Of a stretch of DNA of 64,000 nt, positions 27,164 through 41,406 are shown piece after piece (the stretch's first letter is position 1; each line of letters begins with the position of its first letter). The notes under the pieces are model-generated. The model had not been told where the DNA came from and ran no database searches. It saw only the letters and a program-made list of their open reading frames with translations. A program made the translations under genes and the position numbers. Source of the stretch: the human T2T-CHM13v2.0 reference genome, Homo sapiens; the NCBI RefSeq assembly GCF_009914755.1, contig NC_060944.1. The stretch is one strand, 5' to 3'.

Positions 27164-30100
27164 CCAAATCAATATCTATAAGAGGGAAAGTAGATTCAAG
27201 CAATGCAATTCTGTGAGTTAGGTTTAATTATTCAGGCTTCTTTTATTGCAAGTGACAGAAACACAAGTCAGATTGAACAAAGCAAATTAGCTCATATAAC
27301 TAGGAAGGACAAGGGTAAAGCAGGCTCTGGGAAAAACTGGATCCAGGAATTCAAACAAGGTTGTCAGAATTCCCAGTGTCATCTCTGTCTGGCTTTATTC
27401 TCTCCTGTTGCAAGCTTTCTACGTGTGAAGGGGACACAACTGCCAGCAGTTCTGGGGTTACAACTTTATTACTTTGCAGTCTATGGAGGAAGAGATAAAT
27501 TCTCCCTCCCAGCACCTATATACTATCCCAATAAAGGTCACTAACTGGGCTGATTTGGGTTAGACCAGTGATGCTATCCAGGGAAATGGGGAACCAGTGC
27601 TAGGATTAGGGTGGGGTGACTCAGGTACCTCAGTGCAAAGTTTAATGAGGCAGTCATTCTTGAATGCATTTCATGACCCCCTGAGTGAGTGGCTCCTTAC
27701 GAGTAAGGCACCTGGGGCTTCAGGTTCATGCAAGAGTGTGCACCCCCTTAGCTTCTATGCCCTAGGCTTCTGGCTTGAGCAAGAAGCTCAAGCCCTGTGG
27801 GGAACTGTGGTTGGTCAGACCTATGGACAGGAAATGACAAGGTCCTGGGATTGGGCATCAGAGTTACATGAAACAGGTATTGGTGGAATAGTGGTTCCTC
27901 TGCGGAAACATTGAATGATGTTACAAGAAGTGGGAAAGTATGCTGGGCAGACAAAAATAACAGAGGTCCACTAGAAAAGTATCTTTCTGATCCCCATCTT
28001 GTAAATGAAAAAAATGGGACTCAGAAAGTGACATGGATTGTCCAAAGTCACAAAGCTGGTAAGTGACTGAACTGGGAGCTGTAACTTTCATATTAATGCA
28101 ATAGATTCCAAAGCTCGTGCTCTTTTCCTTGCACAACACTGTGTGCAGTGTATGTGCAGGGAGGATGTCCTGGAGGAGGGGAATGATGAGTTTGATTAGC
28201 TTTTGACCAAACCAGCTGGGATGAAGGAAAGGGGTAGCCTCAGACATGTCTATGTGATGAAGCATGGACAGTGCCTGTTTTCCTACAGGCTGTGCTATGC
28301 GTGACAGGATCTCTTCCCTCTTTGCCAGCTTGCAGTTGGTGGGGGATTGTGTGTGATAAGGGTTGAGGAGGGAAGAGAATCCTTGTGCTGCTTCTGCCCA
28401 CTTGTCCAGTGACCATGTAGAGGGTATCTGTCCCTGGCCCCAGCCTCACCAGTCCTGGTGTGCCATGAAGTACTTATGGCAGATGGAAATTCATCTCAGC
28501 ACAGCCTGGTGCAGCTCCAGTTTTAGCATGTAGCTAAAGTTAAATGTACTTAAGAATGCAAAGAATATCAATTTTAAAAGAATACATTTGTAATAGTAAA
28601 AATGGTATACAGTAGAAAACAAAAATATTAAAGACAATAATACACTAATGACTCAAGTTTGGGAACTGTTCACCTAAGTCTTCATGTGGCTAACAGTCAC
28701 CTAACTAGGTTTTACTCACCTCAAATGCCCTCTCTTCCTTATTTCTGCCCCTGCCCTTGCCTCCCTCCCCATTCCTGGGATCAACAGTTGTCATCCAAGA
28801 TAACCCTAGAAGTGACATAAGGAGCCAGAAGTTGCCACCCATTTTGGCTCCAAGCAGAACAGACATACTATTCTCCCAGGTGGGCATGGAGTTAGAGTCA
28901 CTGGGAAATCTGTTTCCCCTTGATGACAGCAGCTGGCAAATCACCAATGTCAGCCACTGGATCCTTTCCTAGGGTAGTTGCTGTCAGTAGCCTGATGTTT
29001 GAGAGTCAGGTCAGCTTCTCCTAAAATCACAGTTTCCTCAGCTCAGGGCCCAGCCCAAATGCCCCCAGTCCATGGCATGTGATTCCTAGGGTGGGAATGG
29101 AGGCAACACCTGGCTGGGAATAAACAGAAGCTGTGCTGTGCTCAGAGGGTCTCCATTCACTCAGTCATTGAACAAACATGCACTGAGCATGCTGGACTCT
29201 GGGAATGCTGAAATGAACAAGATCGTCATTGACTTGTTTACTCACACAGTCATTTATTCACTCACTAGGATATTCTTTCCTTCCACAGACATTTACCATG
29301 GGCCTAGACATATTGCAGTTTTACAGATAGCTCTACTCCCTTGGCTTCATTTAGATAAACAATGAAGTGACAAAGTCCCTGAGAGATGATGTGATACCTC
29401 AAATTCACACAGTTCTCAGTGTATGAGCTAGGATTTGAATCCAGCTCAGGCTGACTCAAAATAAAATTGCCACTTTATACAATATTATTTCCATTCCTCC
29501 TTCCCCTTCTTCCTGGAGTGGCTTCTGGAGAATGCAAACAGATGGACAGCCTCCTCCACCCAGCCCTTCACAGCTAAGTTCAGAAAAGCTCCTGATCTTT
29601 GAAAGCCAAAGCCTTCACTTGACTCCTCCTGCTCCTCTGTAGCAGATCACCTTTTCCAAGGATGCTCCAAAGATGCACCTCACATGCTCTTTTGCAATGT
29701 GATCTTGACCTTGCCACTGCTAGTCAAGAGGTAGGTCTATGTTTCTACTCCCTTGAATCTGGGTGGGCCCTGGGACTCCTTTGGTGGAAGCCATATCTAA
29801 TAAGGATGCTGTGCTCTCCACTTCCCCTTCTTCTCTGTTATGGATTCAGGATTCTTTGATTGCAAGTGACAGAATTGTCACTTCCCAGCAGCCCCCAGGA
29901 GATCAAGGTGTAGCCCTGAGCTGGCCTGGCAGCTTTTGCTCCCCACTGTCAGAGTCCCAAGTTGCCGTGCAAGATGTTCAGTCTACTGTGTTCAGGCCGT
30001 GTGAAAGAGTTCTGGGGCCCAGACACTGTAAGTATAGAGGCTATCAGGGGTGACCAGCCCAGTCATGCCTTTAAAGGGCTCCAGTCCCTGACATTCTCTG

Positions 30101-31096
30101 TTTGTTCCCATATGAGAAACCCCAAGTGAGAACCACCCAGCCAAGCCCAGTCAACCCACAGAACTGTGAAAGATAATAATAAATCATTGCCTTGAGTCTC
30201 TGTGCTTTGGGGCAGTGTGCTACCCAGCAAGAGATAACCAAGCACACTCATCCTGCAACAAGGTGAGCCTGTAATAGAGAAAAGATTAGAAATATCTTGC
30301 TCCCTGCACCCACCCCCAGTTTATGGATATTTTGGTTTTGTTTTCCTTCCCTTTAATGGAGCCTAGGACAAGTCAGGTGTGGAGAAAGGAAGACATCAAT
30401 AGGGTTTAGAAAGCCTGAGGAGGCCTCATGGGGCAGGATTGCCCTTTGAGGCCCTAGTATGGGCATTTTTGGCAGAAAATTTCAGGCAGAGTAGGAGGTG
30501 TCAGCACTTTCCTGCATTCAAACATTGCTCCTCTCTTTGGAATATGCTTTCTATGGGAGCAAAGAATTGTCTGACTTTATCAATCAAGGCGAGCAAGTAA
30601 ATTAACTGACTGAAAGTTGCTATGGCATAAAGTTACTTCATTTTCTCACATGGAAAGAGGCCAGGAGGTAGGTGATTCTGAGAGGAAAGCAGCAGTGAAC
30701 ATCTTCATCAAGCACCCAGGACTTCCCTGTCTTTCTGCTCTGTCATCCTCAGTGTGTTGGCTTTTCATTCTTAGGCTCATCCCAAGACAGTTGCTGCAGC
30801 TCCAAAGGCAAGTCCCTGTGCTCAACCATGCTCAAGACAGGATGAAGGGGCAAGAGGTCGATGCTAGAAAGAGCACCTTCCACGTCTACCTCATTGTCAG
30901 GTAGCAGAAGACTTTCCAGCAGCCCCCAGGAGACATCCTTGCATCACATTGGTCAGAATTGCATCACATGATTACTCCCAGATGCAGAAGAGGCTGGGAA
31001 AAAGAGTTTCCTGCAAAGGCCATTGGGACGCCTTGATTGTCCTAGACCACTGGCCCTCAGCCCTGGCTGTACATTACAATCACCGGAGGGGCTTCT

Positions 31097-31406
<310 letters not shown>

Positions 31407-32105
31407 TGAAGAGCTTTACAAAGATATAGATGCCTGGGCCCTACTCTGGATTAACTAAATCAGAATTACCAGGAATAGGCCCAGGTGTCACTATTTTTTA
31501 AAAAAATACCCCAGATTATTCTAGTAAGTACTAGGATTGAGAAGCACTATTTTAAACCAATCATGATTCAGCTCTTGAAGCTAGAGAGGGACTTACATTT
31601 CCTACATACCAACCTCCTCATGATATAGATAGGGAAACTGAGGCTCAGAGAGGAGAGGGGTTTACTTAATATCACATAGCCAGGTAATATCAGGTCTCCT
31701 TGATCTCAAACAGTTTCTCCTTCCACCTGGGGAGCAACTACACTGTGGAAAGAGGACACTATGCAAGAAAAGTCGTTTGGCCTTGCTGAGAAGCTGTGAT
31801 TCCCAACGGCTTGTCCCAAACTTGGCCCCGATCTAGGGTCCAAGCCAGTTTCCTCTCAGGAGGGGAAACATCCATCTTCCCGGGGAAGCACAGTGCTTGC
31901 AGCCTGACGCAGGACTGGGACCAGAGGGAAACTGCGCATGACGGCTGGGATGGGGTGGGGTGGGGTGGGGAGGGAACTTCAGCTGCTGTGAAGAAAAAGA
32001 GCTGTCCTACATTAGATCTGTGTTTGCTGCAGAGCATCTGTTATTGCACTGTTTGGGGGAATCAACATCCTAGAAGGAACTCGGATAGCCATCACCTGGA
32101 GCTGA

Positions 32106-32680
<575 letters not shown>

Positions 32681-34177
32681 TCAGCATGGCATTTTTTAAA
32701 GCTTTATCTGTATTGGTACATGTAACCCAGATGATATCATTTCAGCTGTTCTGCAGTGGTAGTTCTCAATCTTGGCTGCATGTTATAATCACATGATTTT
32801 AAACATCCTGATGCCCAGGCTGCACCCCAAACCACGTACATCAACGTCCCAGATGGACGGTACTGAGTTTCAGTGTTGTTGTTGTTTTGTTTTTGTTTTT
32901 GACTCTTCAGGTGATTCCAAGGTGCAGTCAAGGCTGAGAACAAATGAAATAAATGATAATTTGATGATGCATTCTCCTATGATTGGCTACTTAGTTTGTC
33001 ATGCATTACCTAAAAATCATGCAATAAATATGGTAGACAAAAATATATAAAGTATAGTAAAACAGACACCCACATACCTACCCCACAACTTCTTAACTAA
33101 CACGGTGCTAATGAAGGCTTGAAACTCATCCCTCATTCCCGATCTCACCCTTTCCTTCTTGACAAAAGATAATCACTAAACTAAGTTTGGTGCTTATTAT
33201 TTCCAAGCATTTCTTTATACTTTCACTACATGTATACATGCCTCTGGATTATATAACTATACATACATATATGGCATTGTTAAAAATTATTTTAAACTTT
33301 TTGTAAATGGAATCACACTCTATTTTTCTAAAACTTGCTTCAAAAAACATTTGTGAAATTCATCCATGTTGTTACATGTAGCTCTAGCTCATTAATAGTT
33401 TTTCTGCTGTATGTTTTCATTCCATTGAGTTGAAAATAACCGATTTTAAGCCTATGCTGTTGTTGGATATTGGCAGTTTAAAAATAAATATTTCTTTTAA
33501 GCATCTTGAAATAGCCATGTAAGCCAGCAATGATTACATCAGATTCATTATAATTCTCTCTTTTTTTGTATATTTTTGAAAATTTTCAAAAGAACAAGTG
33601 AGAGAGTAAGAATGATCTTGATATTTTCCTCCTGTGTAATGAGTCACTGAGGTGTGGTGTAATGAGAAATACATGGGTCTGGAGTTCTGGGTTAAATCTT
33701 AATTTTAACTTACTAGCTGTGTGAACACAAGTTGCTTTGTTTCTCTGAGCCTTACTTCCTTGTCTTAAGAATTGGAATAATAACAGATTCTACCATTTAG
33801 AGTTGTTATGTGCATGTCATGCTTGCAAAGAACTTAGCACAGAGCCTGGCTATAGAAGGGGCTCAGCAGATGTCTATGGAATGAATGTTAGAAATGCTAG
33901 ACATTAGTTCCCATGAACTTGGAAGTTGGATTGATTGATGCAATCCCTGGGGCCTATGTGAGGCCTCTCTGCCTAGCTGCAAGAAGGTCTGGGAAAGTGA
34001 GAAATTGGCATTCTTAGCTTTTCTTGTGGGAGGTTGTCCCAACCTCATAAAGAGAGGGGTTGCTGTGGGTAGCAAAAAAGAAAGGCCAAAGGCCACTTCA
34101 CTTCACTGAACTTGGCCCAGTTGGCTTCATTCTCCATGGATCTCAATTTTTTTAATCTGCAAAATGGAAGAAATAAT

Positions 34178-35104
34178 TGACGGTAGTGGCCGCTCCGGAT
34201 GGCCTGCCATTGCTATCATGCTGGCTGCAGCAGGGAGATGCTCCCAGTGCCATAGGCTCAGAGGAGCCTGCCGGAGCTGGGGACAAACAGGAGCCCTGCC
34301 CCCTCCAAGTTGGGGCAGGAGCTCCCCAGGCACAGCTGCAGCCACCCAACTTGCCGCTGCAGACCCAGGCCTTCTGCTCCATGGGCAGGGATATCCATGC
34401 CGTCCTGGGGGTAGCTGCAGCCATCCAAACTATGACTGAAGACTCAGGCATCCATGCATTCTTGGGGGCCTGGTAAGGCCCCGTGCCCTCACAGGCTCAG
34501 GAGTGCCTGCTCCTGCTGCCTGGCTTCTCTCTGCTGTCGGCAGCCACTTAGATCTCAGAGCAAAGTCTGCCTGGTACCATGAAGACAGCAGGAAGCAGAT
34601 GGATTCCTGGGAGGAGGAGGACAGGTCCCTGGTAATGCTTCACCTTCAGGCCAGGCAGGGCCTGGAGTCTGGGGGCCAGGCTGCCAGTCCTGTGGACCAG
34701 AGTGGGGACTTGTGGTGCCTTTTCTGGCCCTGGCATGGACACTAATGGACCAATGCACAGGCACTTCCATCCTTCTGAGGTTTATAAAAGCCCTGGGCTC
34801 AGCCAGAGCAGGGAGAGGACTGAGAGGAAGGGATGACCACTGCAGAGAGGAGCTACCCACTCCAGAGCCTCTTCTCTGCTGAGAGCTGCAGACGTGGGAA
34901 CAAACTGCCTACAGAGAGTAGCTATACACTGTAGGTCTCCTCTGAGCTGTTCTAACACTCAATAAAGCTCCTCTTCATCTTGCTCACCCTCCACTTGTCT
35001 GCATACCTCATTCTTCCTGGATGCAAGACAAGAACTTGGGCAAAGGCACCATGGGCCACAGAGGTTACTGGCCAGAAAAGCAACAACCCAAAGACCCCAT
35101 AACA
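34178..35104 (+). mobile_element. ERV1 solo LTR, MER52-like, inserted in a MIR
   Basis: TG...CA ends with 4-bp TSD taat. CCAAT 34750-34754, TATAAAA 34783-34789, AATAAA 34961-34966. Confidence 0.82.
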
Positions 35105-35259
35105 TAATGACTTTGTTTTTATTGTGAGGTTGAACATAAATGAATTAATGTTCTACCACATGATAAATCTAAGTGGTAGAATCTGTTATTATTTCATTCT
35201 TAAAACAAGGAAGTGAGACTCAGAGAAGCATAGCAACTTATGTTCACATAGCTAATAAG

Positions 35260-36790
35260 ATGCTTAAAATAAAGCTATAGCAATCATCACAGTGTGATAT
35301 TGACTTAAGGATAGAGAATTTGATCAATGGAACAGAATAGAGATTCCAGAAATAAATCTCTACATTTATGGTTACTTTATTTGTGACAAATATGTAAAGG
35401 CAATTTAATGAGGTTTTTCTCAACAAACTGTGTTTGATGAATCAGGTATCCATATATAAAAAACAAACAAAAACTTAGACTCTTATTTATATCATATACA
35501 ACAATTAACTCAAAATGGAGCCTGGACAGAAAATTAAGAGCTAAAACTGTGAAACTTAAATAGCTGGGTGTGGTGCCACATGTCTGTAGTCCCAGCTACT
35601 GGGGAGGCTGAGTCAGGAGAATCACTTGAGGCTGGGAGTTCAAGGCTGTAGTGTGCTATGATCATGCCTGTGAATAGCCATTGAACTCCAGCCTGTGCAA
35701 CATGGTGAGACTGTCTTTAAAAAAAAAAACTTATAAAAGAAAAATCTTCAAGACCTTAGGTTAGGCAAAGATTTCTTAGATGAGCAGCAATAGAACAATC
35801 TACAAGAGAAAAAAATAATAGAGTTTATCAAAATTAACACTTCTGTTCTTTGAAAGACACCACCAAGAAAACCAAATGACAAGCCACAGACTAGGAGAAA
35901 ATATTTGCAAATAATGTATTTGTTGAAGGATTCATATCCAGAATATGTAAAGAACACTTAAAACTCAAAAATAAGCAAACAACCTAACTGAAAATTGGGT
36001 AAGTATTTGGGTAGATATTTCACCAAAGAATAGATATTAAGCACATAAAAGTTGTTCATATTATTAGTCATTAGGGAAATGCATATGAAAACATCCACCA
36101 GAATTGCTATAATTTAAAAGAATGATCATATCGAATGTTGGCAAAGATATGGAAAAACTGGAACCCTCACACACTGCTGGTGGACATGAAAAATGGAACA
36201 GCCGCTTTGGAAAACAGTCTCACAATTTCTTAAAAAATTAAACATACACTTTCCCCACTACTCAGAGATTTCACACCTAGATATCTATCCAAGAGAAATG
36301 AAAACATATGTCCACACAAAGACTTGTATGTGAATGTCCACAGCAGCATTATTGATAATAGCTCCAAATGTCCAACAACTGGTGAATAGATAAATTGTAG
36401 CATATCCATACAATGGAATACTACTCAGCACTAAAAAGAGACAATCGACTGGCACGTGCTATAACATGAAGAAACCTCAAAAACATTGTGATAAGTGAAA
36501 GAATCCTGACACAAAAGACTGCCTATTGTAGGATTCCATTTATATGAAATGTCCAGAAAAAGCAAATCTGTAGATACAGAAAGCGATCAGTGGTTGCCTT
36601 GGGTTGGGAGTAATGGAAGAGGAGAAATGGAAATAGGTATAAAAGAACATTTTAGGATCATATAAATGTCCTTAAAATGGAATGTAGTGATGGTTGCACC
36701 ACACTAAAATTCACTAAAAATTATCAAACTGTGTAATTACAATGGGGGGATTTTATTATATGTTAATTATAGCTCAATAAAGCTGTTTTA
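35260..36790 (+). mobile_element. L1MB-like 3' end, containing a FAM-like Alu monomer (35561-35729)
   Basis: ORF2-end/3' UTR motifs (atatccatacaatggaatactactcagc, ctcaataaagctg). The monomer has the 7SL-like gcctgtgaatagcca segment. Confidence 0.75.
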
Positions 36791-38396
36791 AGAATACTTA
36801 TAAAGTGTGCCAATAAACAAGGGTCATTCTTCTCCGATCCTTTCCAATGCTCACTACCCCCACTCTTCTGGGACTTGACTCAGCCACGCTCGGACTTAGG
36901 CATCAGGACCTGCAGCTCACACTTGGAAAAGCTCAGATGCAGAGCAGCTGAGGAACGTGCTGACATTGTTGCCATAGCCAGCAAGTGCTGGCGTGGGGAT
37001 TGGAACCCAGACTTGGAACTCATTTTCAGGTGAGGAGTGAGGTGGGGCAACAGGGGACTTCATTCACCTGGTTCCTTTCCCCCTTGGCCCTCCTCCCTAG
37101 GATGGTCCCGTGGCAGCCAGCAGCAGGCGCCTAACACTGCTAAGTTTCCAAGTTCTTAGACAACTCAAGATCTCCAACTGGGAGGCCCCAGGGCTGACTC
37201 CTCTGCCCCCGACATGGGAAATTAGGGCTCCTTCCCCATCTCACTTGTTTGGAAGCCTAGGACTCTTCCTTGGATAGGAGAAAGGTTATATTTACCACTA
37301 CGACTCTAGGCCAAAACCGCAATCCTCTCTGAACCATTCTCATCTGTGAAACGGGCATGTTGATACTCATTTGCCCACCCCAGAGGGTTATTAGGATAGA
37401 AGGGGGAAGGAAGAGCCACCATGCAGGGGTCCCAGCCCTATGTTCTTCTCTTCCTGTCCAGAGAGTAAGATCCTGAGACTAAGTGTGGGGTTATCAGCAG
37501 GCCTGGAATCAACCTTCACTTTTTCTCTTTCCTTAGGCATGGCAGCCACAGGTAGTCTGGTGAGAAGCTCCTGAAAGGAGTCGGGGCCTCAGACAAGCAG
37601 TCTAGCAACTCCTATGTGCTCTTTTCTGTCCTTTAAAAACACCACATTTGTGCAGTTTCTTATGCCTGGAATGTTCATTCCTCTTCCATTGCATGGTTGG
37701 CTCCTCTCGTTCTTCATGTCTCAGTTCACAGGACATCTCCCCAGAGAGGCCTTTCCTGGCCACCCCACCTAAGATTGCTCCCCATCCTCTTCCTATTACC
37801 TATCTAGACATGAAGTGATCTTGTTTACTTATTTTTTTAGCTTGTTTGCTGCCAGTCTCTCATCTAGCATGCAAGCTCTCTACAGAGCTCTCTACAGAGC
37901 TTGCATAAATGGTATTGGAAGAGCTTAGCAAGGGGATTGACACAAAGTAGATGCTCAATGAATATTTGCTGAAGAAATGAATCAAATGTTAGTGGAAACC
38001 AAGTAAGGATCGGTCGAGACGTGCTTCTCATGATTACCCAGCATGGATGAGGAAGGTTCTTCTATACCCACTGAGGGGGAAGGGAACCTGAGGCTCAGGA
38101 AGACCTGGTGACTTCTTCAATATCACATAGTTACTAAGTGGTAGGACCTGGACTTAGTGGAACACAGACCTTTCCTACTCCCAGTCTTATATTCTCTCCA
38201 GCATATAGCGGGGAGAAGATGCTGTTGGAGCCCCACCCACATCCTCTTGGCAATTGCAGTTCTCCTACAGGCAGCAGGTTACTCTCCTGTAAGCCCGTGT
38301 GACTCTGCACCTGAAAGCATTTTCTCTCTGTCCCAAACACAGGGCAGGCTGGAAGTGCCAAGGGAGTTATAGCTCCAGGAGCATCCTGCAGCCAGT

Positions 38397-39255
38397 GTGT
38401 GAAATAATAAGATACATATTGGTTTATACCCCCTGCTCCTAACATAGAGCTCCTATAACTCCTGTAGATATGGGTGCTAGGAGAACCTTTTGTTCTAATA
38501 TTTGGTCTTTGACCATGGATCCTGACACAAAGCTCCTGAGACCTTTGTAATTTCTGGGGTGATAGGAGAGTCTGACACAGAGCTTCTCAATCCCTTGAAG
38601 TTTCCTGGGTAATGGAAGTATCACTGGAAAGACCAAGCCATGATTAGAGGCTTTGAACTTTCAGCAACCCTCATCCTCCTGGGATGAGAGAGGGGCTGGG
38701 GATTGAGTTAATAATTGATCATGCCTATGTGATGAAGCCTCCATAAAAATCCCTGAACTACGGGGCTTGGGGAGCTTGAGTTGCTGAACACATAGGGGTT
38801 CCTGGAGGATGGCATGCTCCTAGAGTGCATGGAACCACCATGCTCCTTCCCTCATACTTTGCCTTGTGCATCTCATCCATCTGGCTGTTCATTGGTGTTC
38901 TTTGTAATATCCTTTCTAATAAGTGAGTAAGTGTAAATAAGCATGCCCCTGAGTTCTCTGTACCATTACAGAAAACTATCAAACCCGAGGAGGGAGTCAT
39001 GGGAACCCCAATTTATAGTTGGTCAGTTAGAAGTGTAGGTGACAACCTACTACTTGTGATTAGCACTTGAAGTGGGGGCAGTCTTGTGGGACTGATCCCT
39101 TAACCCGTGGGATCATACTCTTACCTTCAGGTCGATAATGTCAGAATTGAATTGAATTACAGGATATGCAGTTGGCGTAGGCTAGAGAATGGTTTGGAGT
39201 TGAGGAACACCCCCATATGTTTTGGTCACAGAAGTGTTCTGTGCTGAGTGTTGGG
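38397..39255 (+). mobile_element. LTR, MER21-like
   Basis: ttttgttctaatatttggtctttgacc...gagttaataattgatcatgcctatgtgatgaagcctccataaaaatccct...gtcagaattgaattgaatt. Confidence 0.7.
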
Positions 39256-39514
39256 GAATAAATACCCGGGTTTCCTGCCTCACTCTTGGGGGACAACTCT
39301 GGTACAGATTCTACACTAATTTGCAGAGGTGCCCAGAGAGACTGAGCCTCAGTCACCCACAGCAGCTACCTGTTTGATAATGCAACCTGTATAGGCTTTT
39401 CTTCCTGTCTTCTCTCATTTCCCTACTCCCCTACTGGTGCTTCCAGGAATCACCTCCCAGTTAAACTAACTGCGCATAAATTCTTGTCTCAGGGTTGACT
39501 TCTGGGGAATCTCA

Positions 39515-40045
39515 GCTCTATTGTTACCTATGCATAGCAAATGACCACAAATGTAGTGGTTTAAAACAACATACATTTCTTATCTCAGTTTCTGTGGGTC
39601 AGGAGCCCAGATATGGTTTAGCTGAGTCTTCTGCTTTAGGGTCTCTGGCTGGTTACAATCAAGGCGTCAGCCAGGTAGGTCTCGAGTCCTAAGTGAAGAC
39701 CCAACTGGGGAAGGATCCACTTCCAAACTCACTTAGAAGGCTGTTGGCAGAATACATTTCTGGGGCCTGCCGTTTCTTCTATATGGGCCTCACCAACATA
39801 GCATTTTGCTTTATCAAAGCACGCAAGCCAAGCAGAAAGCAACAGAGAAAGTTTGCTAGCAAGATGGAAATTATGATTACATGTAACTTAATCACAGAAA
39901 TGACATCCCATCACCTTTGTCACATTTGATTAGCTAGAAGAAAGTCAAGGTCCTGCTCCATTCAAGGAGAAGGGATCACACAAGGGCATGAATACCAGGA
40001 GGTGGGGATCATTGGCGGCTATTTTAGATGTCTGTGCACCATACC
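39515..40045 (-). mobile_element. MaLR LTR (MLT1-like)
   Basis: gtagtggtttaaaacaaca...ctcagtttctgtgggtcaggag...cacaagggcatgaataccaggagg. Confidence 0.65.
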
Positions 40046-40661
40046 AACTAACAGACATCTAAAAACTAAAATCTTGAAAGTAGCCCATGTAATTTAGGAG
40101 TTCTATATCTGTTCTAAGGAAAGCTTCTGATGTAAACAAGAAGCCATGCACAAAGATGTTCATTACAACATTTTTTATAATAGCAAAAACTAGACACCAC
40201 CTAACCATCTACTAATGGGGTAACTGCTAAATAACTAATGACATATCAATTCTCTTTAACAATAAAAAGTAGGGCCATGGCATATTGTTGAATGAAAAAA
40301 ACAATTTGCAGAGCTATATATATGGTATCATGTTGTTTAAAACGCAACAAACAATATTACATATTTCTGTACTCTATTTACACACACATGTATGTATAGA
40401 AAAATAATTGAAGAGTACCTACCAACTGACAATCTTGGTTATGATTGTGGAGCCAAAGAAGGCAAACTGACTTGAGTGTGGTTGTCAAAGGGGATTTTAC
40501 TTTTATTTGAGAGACCAGTTAAGTTCATAAACCATGGCAGCTAGACTACTTGGGTTTAAATCCTGGCTCTGCGGCTTATTGGCTGAGTGACTTTGGGCAA
40601 AATACTTAACCTCTCTGAATCTGTTTCTTCTCCTCTAGAAGAAGGACGATAATAATGCCAT

Positions 40662-41042
40662 TGTTAAATTAATTTTAGCTTAAGGCTGCCTCCTTACATA
40701 TTTTAAGTTTGTCCTAAAGGTTTCTCCATACATAGTGAACTACAACCTTCCTGGATGTGTAAACAGAGTGTAACCTACTCTTGTACCAATCACTGTGTTT
40801 CAACCAAAGGTAGCCAACTGTTCAAACTGTGTGCAAATAAGGCAAATGCCAAGCTGTAACCAATCCAGCTGTTTCTGTACCTCACGTGTGTTTTCTGTAC
40901 ATCTCTTTCCTTTTTCTGTCCATAAATATTATCTGACGATGTTGCACCCCCCAGAGTTGCTCTGAACCTATTCTGCCTCCAGGGACTATGTTCTTTGCTC
41001 AGTTATACTCTGCTAAATTTCATTTAAGTTTTTAATTAAACA
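40662..41042 (+). mobile_element. ERV1 LTR, MER57-like
   Basis: tgttaaatt...gctgcctccttacatattttaagtt...gtaaccaatccagctgtttctgtacctcac...aaca. Confidence 0.7.
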
Positions 41043-41181
41043 AGTATTTGTTGTTTATCTGAAATTCAAGTTGAACTGAGTGTCCTATATTTTAATTTGG
41101 CAAAATCTAATCCTGGCAATGGAAAGGCCCTGAAGGAATTTGAGGCAGAGGAATAACGTAATCTAAGATTTAATAAATACG

Positions 41182-41187
41182 TTTATT
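41182..41187 (-). terminator. Candidate OCSTAMP poly(A) signal
   Basis: AATAAA on the minus strand ~220 nt downstream of the stop. Confidence 0.55.
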
Positions 41188-41406
41188 TATAAAATTAAAA
41201 CTATGGGTTACTATAAATGAGTTTAGAGGATTTTGAGGCATATAAATAAGTTCCAGGAGCATTTCGAGAAATTCATGATGCAAGGTCTCCATCTAACAAG
41301 TAGAGCAGTTGGTGCAGATGAGATGAGCCTGATCGCCAACCAGCCTGGAGGAACCATGAGCTCTCTCTGCACTCCTTGTCTTCGCCTTTGCATGGTTCTT
41401 TACCGG

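Noticed and set aside
34127-34860. Cluster of ORFs on both strands
   Set aside because: They lie inside the GC-rich solo LTR; no gag/pol/env similarity.
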